A DNA stretch of 45,218 nucleotides, from positions 1 through 45,218 of the forward strand of contig CAZSWP010000032.1 in assembly GCA_964610875.1 (NCBI GenBank). The letters are read 5' to 3'. Below are positions 7,950 through 16,936 of this stretch, piece after piece. Below the pieces are notes generated by a model that was not told the DNA's origin, ran no database searches, and saw only the letters and a list, made by a program, of their open reading frames with translations. The DNA comes from an uncultured archaeon (GTDB lineage Archaea > Asgardarchaeota > Thorarchaeia > Thorarchaeales > Thorarchaeaceae). The stretch's first letter is position 1; every line of letters starts with the position of its first letter. Position numbers and translations under genes: made by a program.

Positions 7950-8447
7950 ATGACGCAGTATGTCAAGGTTGCTCTCATGGGCTCAGGTTATGCCGGTAAG
8001 TCGACACTGATACGGTTGTTGACCGATAAAACGAAGAAACTTGAAACTAACTATAGACCCACACCAGGAATGGATTGTGGAACAATAACACTGGATGATG
8101 AAACAAAAGTCACCCTTGTGGAGATGGGTGGTCAGACTCATTTTGAGTTCATGTGGCCAGATTTTCTTAGAGGTAGCAGACTGATTGTGATTGTAACCGA
8201 GAGCACACCAAAAGCTGTACTAAAGACAAGACAGCTACTGCAAAAGTACAAAGAACAGTTAGATGGTTCTCAAGTCATTGCAATTGCAAACAAACAAGAC
8301 ATTCCTGGTTCGATGAATCCCGATTCTGTACAAGACCTACTTGGAATTCCAACATATGGAATGGTTGCTATTGATCCAAAAGAGAGAGTCAATGGATACC
8401 GAATGATTGTTGAAGGTCTCCGAGACCTCTGTCAGATTGCTGCTTAA
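7950..8447 (+). CDS. Small Ras-superfamily GTPase (Arf/MglA-like)
   Basis: G1 GSGYAGKST, G2 PT, G3 variant EMGGQ, G4 NKQD; GAGGT SD before ATG 7950. Confidence 0.88.
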   Translation: MTQYVKVALMGSGYAGKSTLIRLLTDKTKKLETNYRPTPGMDCGTITLDDETKVTLVEMGGQTHFEFMWPDFLRGSRLIVIVTESTPKAVLKTRQLLQKYKEQLDGSQVIAIANKQDIPGSMNPDSVQDLLGIPTYGMVAIDPKERVNGYRMIVEGLRDLCQIAA

Positions 8448-8506
8448 TTACTTGGTATTGCGGCTAGGTCACAAGTCTTTTAAAGATAGTAAAAATTGCA
8501 TTGAAT

Positions 8507-8585
8507 GCCCAGGACACGGGCGACAGAGCTAATTGTATCTATATGATTGCTTAGCGAGTCCGTCCGGGAACAGTGTCTTTTGGGT
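8507..8585 (+). promoter_or_regulatory. Long imperfect hairpin in the predicted 5' leader of the rpoD operon
   Basis: Nested stems GCCCAGGACAC/GTGTCTTTTGGGT, GGGCG/CGTCC and GCTAA/TTAGC; TTTTAAA box at 8478-8484. Confidence 0.5.
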
Positions 8586-8612
8586 AAAACTACCCCGCGG
8601 TCAGGTGAGATA

Positions 8613-9413
8613 ATGGAAATTACTATACTGCATAAGACTAGCGCTGATATCCATTTCTTGGTGGAAGGCGCAGATGTTGCCTTTGCAAATGCACTCCGCC
8701 GGACCATGCTGACTCGGTTGCCAGCAATGGCAATTGATGAGGTTCTGGTGCTGGAGAACACCAGTGTTATGTACGATGAGATGCTAGCACAGCGTCTTGG
8801 ACTAATACCCTTGACCACTGTGCTTGAAGACTACAACCTTCCTGAGGAGTGCGACTGTGAAGGTAAAGGCTGCAGTCTATGTCAGTGTGCACTTACACTT
8901 GAAGTTGAATCTGGTGAAGAGGATCAGATAGTATACTCACGAGATCTCACTTCTCAAGACCCAAAGGTAGTTCCCGCCTCAAGTGACATTCCTCTAGTCA
9001 AACTAGCCCCCAAACAAACATTGATAATTGAAGCCTATGCTCGACTTGGAAAAGGTGTTGATAATGCCAAATTCCAGCCCGTAGCAACAGTGGCCTACAA
9101 ATATGTACCAATTGTAACTGTTGATAAAAAGAAATGCACACAGTGTGGGGAGTGTGTAGAGATATGTCCAAAGAATATCTTGAGGCTTGATGGAGACACA
9201 ATTGCCACGCAGAACGTACTTGATTGTAGCTTATGTGAGGCTTGTGTCGAAGAGTGTGAACCAGGTGCTATCACAATCGATACCAAGGACAACGCGTTTC
9301 TCTTTAAGGTTGAATCAACAGGAGCATTACCCCCTGAAACAATTGTTGAGAAGTCTGCAGAACTCCTGATGGAACGAACACAAATAGCATTAGATTTCAT
9401 AAACTCACTCTGA
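8613..9413 (+). CDS. rpoD: DNA-directed RNA polymerase subunit D (Rpo3) with ferredoxin-like Fe-S domain
   Basis: FANALRR, ENTSVMYDEMLAQRLGLIP, CTQCGECVEICP and CSLCEACVEEC; AGGTGA SD. Confidence 0.97.
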   Translation: MEITILHKTSADIHFLVEGADVAFANALRRTMLTRLPAMAIDEVLVLENTSVMYDEMLAQRLGLIPLTTVLEDYNLPEECDCEGKGCSLCQCALTLEVESGEEDQIVYSRDLTSQDPKVVPASSDIPLVKLAPKQTLIIEAYARLGKGVDNAKFQPVATVAYKYVPIVTVDKKKCTQCGECVEICPKNILRLDGDTIATQNVLDCSLCEACVEECEPGAITIDTKDNAFLFKVESTGALPPETIVEKSAELLMERTQIALDFINSL

Positions 9414-9423
9414 GGGAGCCAAG

Positions 9424-9786
9424 ATGGTACAGTCTGGATCTACTGACCCAAATACACGAGCGCTCATTAATGCGCTGAAGAAGACGTCCACAAAACACGA
9501 CGTCAGAATATGGAAGAGAGTTGCTGAACTACTATCTCGCCCGTCAAGAAAACGAGCGGCGGTAAATGTAGGCAAGATTGAACGTCATACGAATGATGGT
9601 GATGTTGTCGTTATACCTGGAAAGGTTCTCGGCTCAGGATTATTATCTCATAAGGTGACAGTTGCTGCATTGAATGCTTCCGCTAGTGCGAGATCAGTTA
9701 TCGTAGGTGCTGGTGGCTCATTAATCTCAATTGATGAACTACTCAGCAAGTCCCCAGAGGGTAAGAATGTACTGATTATCACATAG
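9424..9786 (+). CDS. rpl18e: 50S ribosomal protein L18e
   Basis: IWKRVAELL, VNVGKI, VVIPGKVLGSG. Confidence 0.96.
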   Translation: MVQSGSTDPNTRALINALKKTSTKHDVRIWKRVAELLSRPSRKRAAVNVGKIERHTNDGDVVVIPGKVLGSGLLSHKVTVAALNASASARSVIVGAGGSLISIDELLSKSPEGKNVLIIT

Positions 9787-9795
9787 GTGATTTAG

Positions 9796-10248
9796 ATGAG
9801 CGAACAGAAAGTAAAAGTCTTCGACGCAGAAAATATGGTCGTAGGTAGGTTAGGTGCAAAAGCAGCTAAGGCTGCTCTATTAGGCGACAAAGTAATCATT
9901 GTAAACGCGGAGAAGGCAATCATTACCGGTGATAGAAAGACAGTTATCAAGGCACAAATAGATAAACTGAACATCAGAACCTCCTACAACCCTCGCAAGG
10001 GGCCTTTTTATCAACGCCGTCCTGATAGACTGGTACGTAAGATGCTTCGTGGAATGCTACCTCATGACAGACCAAGAGGTAAAGCTGCGTACAAACGCAT
10101 TCATGTTTACATAGGCGTTCCCAAGGAATACGCTGAACATGAAAAGATAGTCCTAGAGGAAGCTCGTTATGGGAGTCTGACTCGTAAGTTCATCAGGATT
10201 GAAGACCTGAGTTATGAACTAGGTTGGCGAAACCCGGAGGCTGTATGA
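9796..10248 (+). CDS. rpl13: 50S ribosomal protein L13
   Basis: DAENMVVGRL, VNAEKAIITG, RGMLPH. Confidence 0.96.
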   Translation: MSEQKVKVFDAENMVVGRLGAKAAKAALLGDKVIIVNAEKAIITGDRKTVIKAQIDKLNIRTSYNPRKGPFYQRRPDRLVRKMLRGMLPHDRPRGKAAYKRIHVYIGVPKEYAEHEKIVLEEARYGSLTRKFIRIEDLSYELGWRNPEAV

Positions 10249-10249
10249 A

Positions 10250-10648
10250 ATGAGAGTAGTTGTAACAACTGGTAAACGGAAAACTTCCCTTGCGAAAGCT
10301 ACCGTTACTAATGGAATAGGAAGGATAAGAATCAATGGACAACCTCTTGAAATCAGGCAGCCTGAGATTGCTAGAATGAGAATAATAGAGCCATTGATAA
10401 TCTTTGGAGAAGGATGGAAGCGCTATGATATCAGGATACGAGTCAAAGGCGGCGGTTTTATGAGTCAAGCTGACGCAATAAGGATGGCCATATCAAAGGG
10501 ACTCATTGAGATGAGTCAAGACTTTGAAGCCCGTTCGAAGATGCTTGAACATGATAGAACGATGCTGGTTGGTGACCCAAGACGTACTGAACCCAAGAAG
10601 TTCGGTGGTCCATCTGCAAGATCTCGATTCCAAAAATCATACAGGTGA
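10250..10648 (+). CDS. rps9: 30S ribosomal protein S9
   Basis: GKRKTS, GGGFMSQADA, DPRRTEPKKFGGPSARSRFQKSYR. Confidence 0.97.
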   Translation: MRVVVTTGKRKTSLAKATVTNGIGRIRINGQPLEIRQPEIARMRIIEPLIIFGEGWKRYDIRIRVKGGGFMSQADAIRMAISKGLIEMSQDFEARSKMLEHDRTMLVGDPRRTEPKKFGGPSARSRFQKSYR

Positions 10649-10660
10649 GGCGACAATACG

Positions 10661-10876
10661 ATGATTATACCCGTAAGATGTTTCACATGCGGCAAAGTTG
10701 TTGCAGACAAATATGAACAATTCAAGCGTGAAGTTCGACAGGGCGAAGACCCTGCTGAAGTGCTTGACAAACTTGGTCTGAAGAGATATTGTTGCCGTAG
10801 AATGTTACTGTCGCATATCGACATAATTGACAGCTTCATGGCATTTGCTACAGCTGATACTGCGGAGGTAAGATAA
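10661..10876 (+). CDS. rpoN: RNA polymerase subunit N (Rpo10)
   Basis: [12 protein letters not shown]...RYCCRRMLL. Confidence 0.98.
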   Translation: MIIPVRCFTCGKVVADKYEQFKREVRQGEDPAEVLDKLGLKRYCCRRMLLSHIDIIDSFMAFATADTAEVR

Positions 10877-11512
10877 ATGATTGGTCAAGAAGACATATCT
10901 GAGATTGATTTGTTAACGCCAATGGATAGGTACCTCGCGGCAGGCTGTCATATTGGAACACAAGTAAAGACCCAAGATATGGAACCTTTTGTATACCGTC
11001 AGAGACCTATCGGACTCTACGTGCTTGATGTTCGAAAGACAGATGAGAGAATCAGGATTGCCGCGAAGTTCATTTCCAGATTTGACCCACAGAAAGTCGT
11101 AGTCGTATCTGGCCGTGTCTACGGTAAACGACCTGTGCAGAGCTTTGCAAATTTCATTGGTGCACATGCTTTTACAGAACGTTTTGTACCTGGGACATTG
11201 ACAAACCCAAACATCGCAGGTCCAAGGGTCTATATAGAACCAGAATTGGTCATCATCACTGACCCAAGAACAGACCAACAGGCTCTTGATGAGGCTGCAA
11301 AAATCGGTGTTCCTGTCATTGCACTTTGTGATACAGACAACAACACTACGAACGTAGACTTTGTGATTCCTTCAAACAACAGAGGTAGAAAGGCATTAGC
11401 ACTAGTATACTTCTTGCTTGCAAGACAAGTCCTCAGAGAGAAAGGTGACCTGCCGGATGCAGAAGCGCCCTTTACCACTGAAGACTTCGAGCCACAGGTA
11501 TCAAGAATCTAA
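10877..11512 (+). CDS. rps2: 30S ribosomal protein S2
   Basis: YLAAGCHIG, RFVPGTLTNP, DFVIPSNNRG. Confidence 0.97.
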   Translation: MIGQEDISEIDLLTPMDRYLAAGCHIGTQVKTQDMEPFVYRQRPIGLYVLDVRKTDERIRIAAKFISRFDPQKVVVVSGRVYGKRPVQSFANFIGAHAFTERFVPGTLTNPNIAGPRVYIEPELVIITDPRTDQQALDEAAKIGVPVIALCDTDNNTTNVDFVIPSNNRGRKALALVYFLLARQVLREKGDLPDAEAPFTTEDFEPQVSRI

Positions 11513-11895
11513 TCATTTATGGTGACGACGCCGTTATCGGCGTCAACTACCACTTTTTGTCCAGTCTTTAGTTTTTCAACATCGACTTGGTCTACTGCAG
11601 GTATCTCAGATATGATGCACCCCACTGCAACTACTGGGTCCGTCGTACTGTTCACGATTGCCAGAGGTGCTTTTCCTGCTTTATACAATGCGTACAGGAC
11701 ATATGAACCAACAGTTGAACCCTTCCCAGTTGGAAAAACGAGGACTTTTCCTGATACTGACTGCCCTTCTAGTTCATGACCCTTTTCAACAATCTCTCCG
11801 GTTTCAGGATCGCAACCACCGTAGAAGGATATGTCTTGGGATGTTGCTAACACTTCACCTTCTGCTTTACCTTTGAAGATTCTTCTCCCTTTCAT
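11509..11895 (-). CDS. Phosphomevalonate dehydratase small subunit (aconitase X swiveling domain, DUF126)
   Basis: GKAEGEVL, FPTGKGSTVGSYVLY; translationally coupled to the large subunit. Confidence 0.88.
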   Translation of the reverse strand: MKGRRIFKGKAEGEVLATSQDISFYGGCDPETGEIVEKGHELEGQSVSGKVLVFPTGKGSTVGSYVLYALYKAGKAPLAIVNSTTDPVVAVGCIISEIPAVDQVDVEKLKTGQKVVVDADNGVVTIND

Positions 11896-13079
11896 TTTAA
11901 CGCCTCCTCAATGCACTCTGGTACCGTACCTATCTCTGTCTTGAACTTGTTCTTTCCTCTTGCATAATAACAGGCCTTTGCAGAGTCAGTCATCAGTCCC
12001 TGAAACCTTCCTTTTAGCGGGGCAACAGCACAACATGCATCGCTGACAAGATATGCTCCGGCCTTTTCGATGGTGTCATAGTACCCCATCTTTCGTGCAA
12101 GGTCTTTTGTTGGACGTGCAGTAGTGATCCAGACCGTCTTTCCCTCTGCTACTTGTTTTCCTTCGAGCAGTTCTGCAATTGTTGCAATCTCTTTGATACT
12201 AGCGTGTGGACAGCCGATACTGATGAAATCTATCTCAGCTCCTTCGTCATCCAATGCCAGTCTTGCGGCATCGACATCTGCCTGTGTCACAGTTTCGACC
12301 TCTTCTGGAACGGTCGTCCGATTCGGTGTGATACCTTCCATGTGGAAGAGTGCAATTCCTCCGTATGTTGCTATGGATGCGCAAAAGGACTTCAGCTCCT
12401 CCGTTGTTGCATCTTCTATTCCTATGATATACGGAATAGTCTTTCCTGTTCTCTCTCCTATCACTTGTCCGAGAAGACCAAAATCATCGGTGTTCTCTAT
12501 CTTTGCTTTAACATCATATCTCACTTGTGCAACACGATTTCTCTCAAGATGGAAGCCGTACTCAGCTGTTCTACCTGTGAGAGCGGTTGCAAGAGCACTT
12601 GGTCCCCCTTCACGATTTGTCAGAGCTCCAATGACTGAGTTTGCGAAACATACTGCAGAAGACTCAGCCCATGCTATATGTTCTCCATAGTGTGGCAAGT
12701 TTCCTATCAGATAGGGTGTGCAGGTACAGGTTGTAACAACACCCATCTTTGCAAATGCATCAACAACTCGTTGTTGATTCTCTGCAAAGTCTTCATCAAT
12801 CCCATGTTTCTTCCATTCCTCGAGGTCCATACCTGCAGGGTTCAGGGTAGTGAGTACACGTACTTGTCCATCTACTGCCAACTCTGAGAGATATTCAAGC
12901 CCTGCTTCCCCAAGATTATGATAGGAAACACCTGCAATCTGTACGCTTGAAACTGGTATCAATCTCTCTGCATCATAGATTTCTCCAAGTGTGGTAATAA
13001 TCTCCATCGCTTTTTGTGTCGCATTACCATTTTTTCCATCAAGCATCTTTTGTTCTTCTGCAGTCAGTTTCAACCCCAT
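11892..13079 (-). CDS. Phosphomevalonate dehydratase large subunit (aconitase X, DUF521)
   Basis: TTLNPAGMD, TCTCTPY, AWAESSA...ANSVIGA.TNREGGP and GCPH motifs. Confidence 0.9.
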   Translation of the reverse strand: MGLKLTAEEQKMLDGKNGNATQKAMEIITTLGEIYDAERLIPVSSVQIAGVSYHNLGEAGLEYLSELAVDGQVRVLTTLNPAGMDLEEWKKHGIDEDFAENQQRVVDAFAKMGVVTTCTCTPYLIGNLPHYGEHIAWAESSAVCFANSVIGALTNREGGPSALATALTGRTAEYGFHLERNRVAQVRYDVKAKIENTDDFGLLGQVIGERTGKTIPYIIGIEDATTEELKSFCASIATYGGIALFHMEGITPNRTTVPEEVETVTQADVDAARLALDDEGAEIDFISIGCPHASIKEIATIAELLEGKQVAEGKTVWITTARPTKDLARKMGYYDTIEKAGAYLVSDACCAVAPLKGRFQGLMTDSAKACYYARGKNKFKTEIGTVPECIEEALK

Positions 13080-13085
13080 GTCGAC

Positions 13086-14390
13086 TCACTCCAAGTATTT
13101 TTTCAGGTCTACTTGTGGAAATTCAGCCCTCTCGTAGCTTTTACCTTTGGAATCAAGCACCTTAGTGCAGTCAAAGCCTATCTTTGTGGTCATCTTCGTG
13201 CCTAGCTCAGCACTCGGATCTAGGCTAGACCCAGCTTCTCTATCTTTCACTAACATGTCTACATCGCCTTGGAACCTAGTGGCAAACGCCCATTCCCTCT
13301 CCTGCTCGTCATAAATATCAATATCTTCATCGTACACCCAAACGTGTTTAGCACTCTTATGACCATCAAATGCTGCATCAAGTGCCTTGAGACCGTCGTC
13401 TTCGTTCTGTTTTCTCACCTTCACAGCGATATGTAACCAACTTGAGCCACCGGGTGTGATATTGACATCAAGGACATCTATACCACGGTCCTTTATCTCT
13501 CGAAAGACAGTTGGTTCTCTTGGCATACCCATGAGGACCTTATGCTCAGACCGTCCTGGGAGTAGTGCTTGCCAGATTGCAGTCTTTCTATGAGTTATCT
13601 TCTTCACTTCAAACACTGGTTCTTCTCGAATCACGTCTACTGTTTCGGTGAGGTCTATAAACGGTCCCTCATCATGGCGTTCTTCATAGAATATTCTCCC
13701 TTCTATCACAAACTCGCAATCTGCAGGAATGAGTAAGTCTGTAGTTTTTGCTTTGGTCACCCGTAGTGGTCTAAGAGCATTAGCAATCTCAAGTTCGTTT
13801 ATGCCCGTTTTTACAGATGTTGCTGCAGCAATCAATACTTCTGGTGTATTTCCTATGCAAAATGCCACATCTATTTCACCATTCTTCTCCAAGAACTTTG
13901 CAAAGTCTCTTCCTTTTACAACTCTGGCTACCATCTTGTTCTTTTCAATTTGCATCGCACGATGGAAGTCGAGATTTTGTCCAAATTCAGGGTCCGAAGC
14001 AACTACGACACCTGAGGAGATGTAAGGTCCTCCATCCACTTTATTGTGGAATAAAATTGGCAGCTTATTCAAGTCCACATTGCTTTCAACCACCTCTTGA
14101 CACGGCGCATCATCAATCTCTTCTGGCAGGCTTCTATTGTCTATCGCATTTGCAAGTGTAGGTATAATCTCCTGTGTTTCTATTCCAAAGTAGTCAGCAA
14201 TTTGTGATTTGGTACAAAAGAGATTACCTGAAACGCGAAATTCGCAATCTTCTACATTCTCAAATAATAGTGATTGAGGTTCTAGAGTTTTCAATACTCC
14301 GGCTATCTCGAAATTCTTTGAGATTGGCTTTTTCACAACAGTGATTTTTTCGTCTTTCTTTAATGTTTCAATAAACTTTTCAAGTATCAT
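13086..14390 (-). CDS. UbiD-family decarboxylase, probable trans-anhydromevalonate-5-phosphate decarboxylase
   Basis: DGGPYI, EGPF.D, SSLDPS and TKIGFDCT UbiD motifs; lies between mvk and the dehydratase genes. Confidence 0.85.
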   Translation of the reverse strand: MILEKFIETLKKDEKITVVKKPISKNFEIAGVLKTLEPQSLLFENVEDCEFRVSGNLFCTKSQIADYFGIETQEIIPTLANAIDNRSLPEEIDDAPCQEVVESNVDLNKLPILFHNKVDGGPYISSGVVVASDPEFGQNLDFHRAMQIEKNKMVARVVKGRDFAKFLEKNGEIDVAFCIGNTPEVLIAAATSVKTGINELEIANALRPLRVTKAKTTDLLIPADCEFVIEGRIFYEERHDEGPFIDLTETVDVIREEPVFEVKKITHRKTAIWQALLPGRSEHKVLMGMPREPTVFREIKDRGIDVLDVNITPGGSSWLHIAVKVRKQNEDDGLKALDAAFDGHKSAKHVWVYDEDIDIYDEQEREWAFATRFQGDVDMLVKDREAGSSLDPSAELGTKMTTKIGFDCTKVLDSKGKSYERAEFPQVDLKKYLE

Positions 14391-14404
14391 TATCAGTATC
14401 CCCC

Positions 14405-15340
14405 TTATTGGAACATTGTTTCCCATACAACAACAGCACCTGCATCTTTGAGTGCTTTCGCCACCTTGCTCCTTGAAGCTTCATCTTTGACAAGAGCTAT
14501 CATGTTTCCTCCCCTTCCCGTCCCAGTCATTTTTGAACCAAGAGCACCATTCTCTCTTGCAACCGACACGAGATGGTCCAGTTCTTTACAACTGACTGTG
14601 AGTTCTTGAAGCAACTCATGGTTCTTGTTCATCATCTCTCCAACTACTTCTAAGTTCTGTTCCTTGAGTGCTTGTATTGCTCGTTCAAGAGCATCTTCGT
14701 ATTCCTTTGCAATCTTTTTGAACCAATCAGGATCTGTATCTTTCTTCTTTCTTACATTGCCAACGACTTCCGTAGTGCTAGCAGTGAGGCCCGTGGAAGC
14801 TACTACAAGGTATATGGGCTTGTCCAGTTTAATCCTCTCAAACTGAATTGGTTTGCTTGGTTCACGTTTGTACCAGATGATTCCACCATATGTTGATACC
14901 GTATTATCAAGACCTGATGGTGTCCCATGGTAGCCTTTCTCTCCTTCATAGGCAGCTTCATTGATCTTTTCATCATCAAACCCAAGATTATACTCTTCAT
15001 TAATTGCTCGTGCTAAGGCAACACAACTTGCAGCGCTAGCACCCACACCTGATGCACAGGTCAGGTCCCCACCAAACTCTATTTGCATTCCTTGTTTGCT
15101 GGAATCAATGCCACAATATTTCAGTACATTCTCAATAGACACCTTCTGTTCATCCAACTTCTTTTCTTTATATCCCTTAACAGCTGGTCTGTCATCCAAG
15201 AGAACCCAACCTCTACTACGTTTTCTGGTTACTTTAGCTATCGTTTCAGCTTCAATACCTGCAGCAAGTGCTGGAATCCCGTATACTACAAAATGTTCTC
15301 CAAATAGAATGCTCTTGCCTCGACCTTTTCCGACACCCAT
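14405..15340 (-). CDS. mvk: Mevalonate kinase
   Basis: GKSILFGEHFVVYG, GHMP motif SGVGASAA, HGTPSGLDN, KMTGTGRGG. Confidence 0.92.
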   Translation of the reverse strand: MGVGKGRGKSILFGEHFVVYGIPALAAGIEAETIAKVTRKRSRGWVLLDDRPAVKGYKEKKLDEQKVSIENVLKYCGIDSSKQGMQIEFGGDLTCASGVGASAASCVALARAINEEYNLGFDDEKINEAAYEGEKGYHGTPSGLDNTVSTYGGIIWYKREPSKPIQFERIKLDKPIYLVVASTGLTASTTEVVGNVRKKKDTDPDWFKKIAKEYEDALERAIQALKEQNLEVVGEMMNKNHELLQELTVSCKELDHLVSVARENGALGSKMTGTGRGGNMIALVKDEASRSKVAKALKDAGAVVVWETMFQ

Positions 15341-15497
15341 CTCATTTCACTCAATGCTATAGTGTTATGACGGCCTAGTATATCGGTGCTTTTGAATGTA
15401 ATCTTCGATAATTTTGCAAGTGTTATACCATGCCATACTCTTGATAAGCGCAGTTCAATGTTCGCTATATATCTGACCACTTTTGGTGTTGATAATC

Positions 15498-16469
15498 ATG
15501 AGTCTGAGAGTCCTTGATTTATTCTGCGGAGCTGGAGGTTTCTCCTATGGCTTCTCTCAGGCAGTGAAAGGACGATATCTTGCTATTGACAAGGATCCAA
15601 TAGCTCTCACTACATTCAGACATAATTCTCCTGAGAAGATAATATTACAGCGGGACATCAATGACCTGCACTCGGATGAAATTGTTAAGATTCTCGGAGG
15701 AACACCTGATATCATAATTGCATCACCACCCTGTGAAGAGTTCAGTCTTGCAAACCCAACTAGCAAACAGTCTGCAGCTGAACGAATATACAGTACTGGT
15801 ACCGCACGACTTGTTCTGGATACTATTCGACTGATATCAGACCTCTCTCCAAGTGTCTATGTTATCGAGAACGTTGCTGCGATACTACAAGCAGGTGGCA
15901 AAGGAATACTCCATAGAGAAATGCGACAAGCAGGTATTGATGAAATAGTCTTCAATTTAGTACGAGCCCACAGACATGGTAACCCGTCCAAGCGACTTCG
16001 AGTATTCATTAGCAATCTAAAACTAAGACTACCACGAAGTCCTCCTCCAACTGTTATGGCCACAATTGGCGATCTTCCCTCTCTTGGACTTCATGCAATT
16101 CTCACCCCTGAAAATAATGTTCCTAATCATTGTATAAATGTTGTAAGTGATGACAAGCTCAAAAAGATACGAAAGCTAAAATTTGGGCGTGGTGTAAGAC
16201 ATTTTCGTGGAAGGAGCAAGAAGATCATTCCTAATTGGGTACGATTACATCCGAATCGTATATCAACATCAATAATTGGTCTGTCAAAATATGTCCATCC
16301 CTATGAGAATAGACTGTTGACCGTCCGAGAACATGCAAGACTGATGTCCTATCCTGACAGTTTTGAGTTCCTAGGACATATTGACAGTCAATATAATCAT
16401 GTTGGAGAGAGTGTTCCACCCTTAATATCGAGACTGATAGCTGAGGAGGTAAGAAAGAAAATTGAATGA
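15498..16469 (+). CDS. C5-cytosine methyltransferase (orphan)
   Basis: Motifs I DLFCGAGG, IV SPPCEEFS, VI ENV, VIII RLRVF, IX/X LTVREHARLMSYPD...GESVPP. Confidence 0.9.
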   Translation: MSLRVLDLFCGAGGFSYGFSQAVKGRYLAIDKDPIALTTFRHNSPEKIILQRDINDLHSDEIVKILGGTPDIIIASPPCEEFSLANPTSKQSAAERIYSTGTARLVLDTIRLISDLSPSVYVIENVAAILQAGGKGILHREMRQAGIDEIVFNLVRAHRHGNPSKRLRVFISNLKLRLPRSPPPTVMATIGDLPSLGLHAILTPENNVPNHCINVVSDDKLKKIRKLKFGRGVRHFRGRSKKIIPNWVRLHPNRISTSIIGLSKYVHPYENRLLTVREHARLMSYPDSFEFLGHIDSQYNHVGESVPPLISRLIAEEVRKKIE

Positions 16470-16935
16470 AAGTATGAAGAAGGTGTATGTTGTACTACAC
16501 AATGTGCACTCTGTATCAAAAGTAATTGAAACCGCACAAGTAGTATACGGTCTGGGCTTTGAGAACTATGTTATTTCAAAAGCAGAAGGGTCTGCAGCTC
16601 AGTCTGGTGTTCCTGAGGCAAACAAACTCGCTCTGAAAATGAAGAGAAGGTTCATGGTGCTTCCTGGTCTATCGGATGTAATTGAGGTTCTTGGTGTTGA
16701 AAAACCTATGATGCTTGTGTCACCAGTCCTCACTAAGAACCGACTTGCTCTCAATGAGGCCTCAAAACGGATGGAATCTGAAGATAAGATTGTATTTGTC
16801 GTGTCCGGCAGTAATAGCTCATTTTCTAGGAAAGAAATGGACATGGGTGAGTGTACCAGTATTGAGGCAAAAGTCGACATAGGTCCTGCTGGCACGATTG
16901 CAGTGGTTCTCTACTCTTTGATAGGTAAAGAATGA
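16462..16935 (+). CDS. DUF2122/COG4080 family protein (predicted SPOUT methyltransferase, often annotated RecB-family nuclease)
   Basis: VVLHNVHS, SKAEGSAAQSGVPEA and a SPOUT-like C-terminus VSG...FS.KE...DIGPAG. Confidence 0.7.
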   Translation: MNESMKKVYVVLHNVHSVSKVIETAQVVYGLGFENYVISKAEGSAAQSGVPEANKLALKMKRRFMVLPGLSDVIEVLGVEKPMMLVSPVLTKNRLALNEASKRMESEDKIVFVVSGSNSSFSRKEMDMGECTSIEAKVDIGPAGTIAVVLYSLIGKE

Positions 16936-16936
16936 T

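Noticed and set aside
8424-8447. C-terminal Cys of the small GTPase as a prenylation signal
   Set aside because: CQIAA places Cys at -5, which is not a CaaX, CC or CxC motif
11519-12887. Numerous 60-190 aa antisense ORFs here and across the window
   Set aside because: They are shadows of well-supported genes on the opposite strand, with no motifs
15498-16935. Type II restriction-modification system
   Set aside because: The partner lacks PD-(D/E)xK or HNH motifs and looks SPOUT-like
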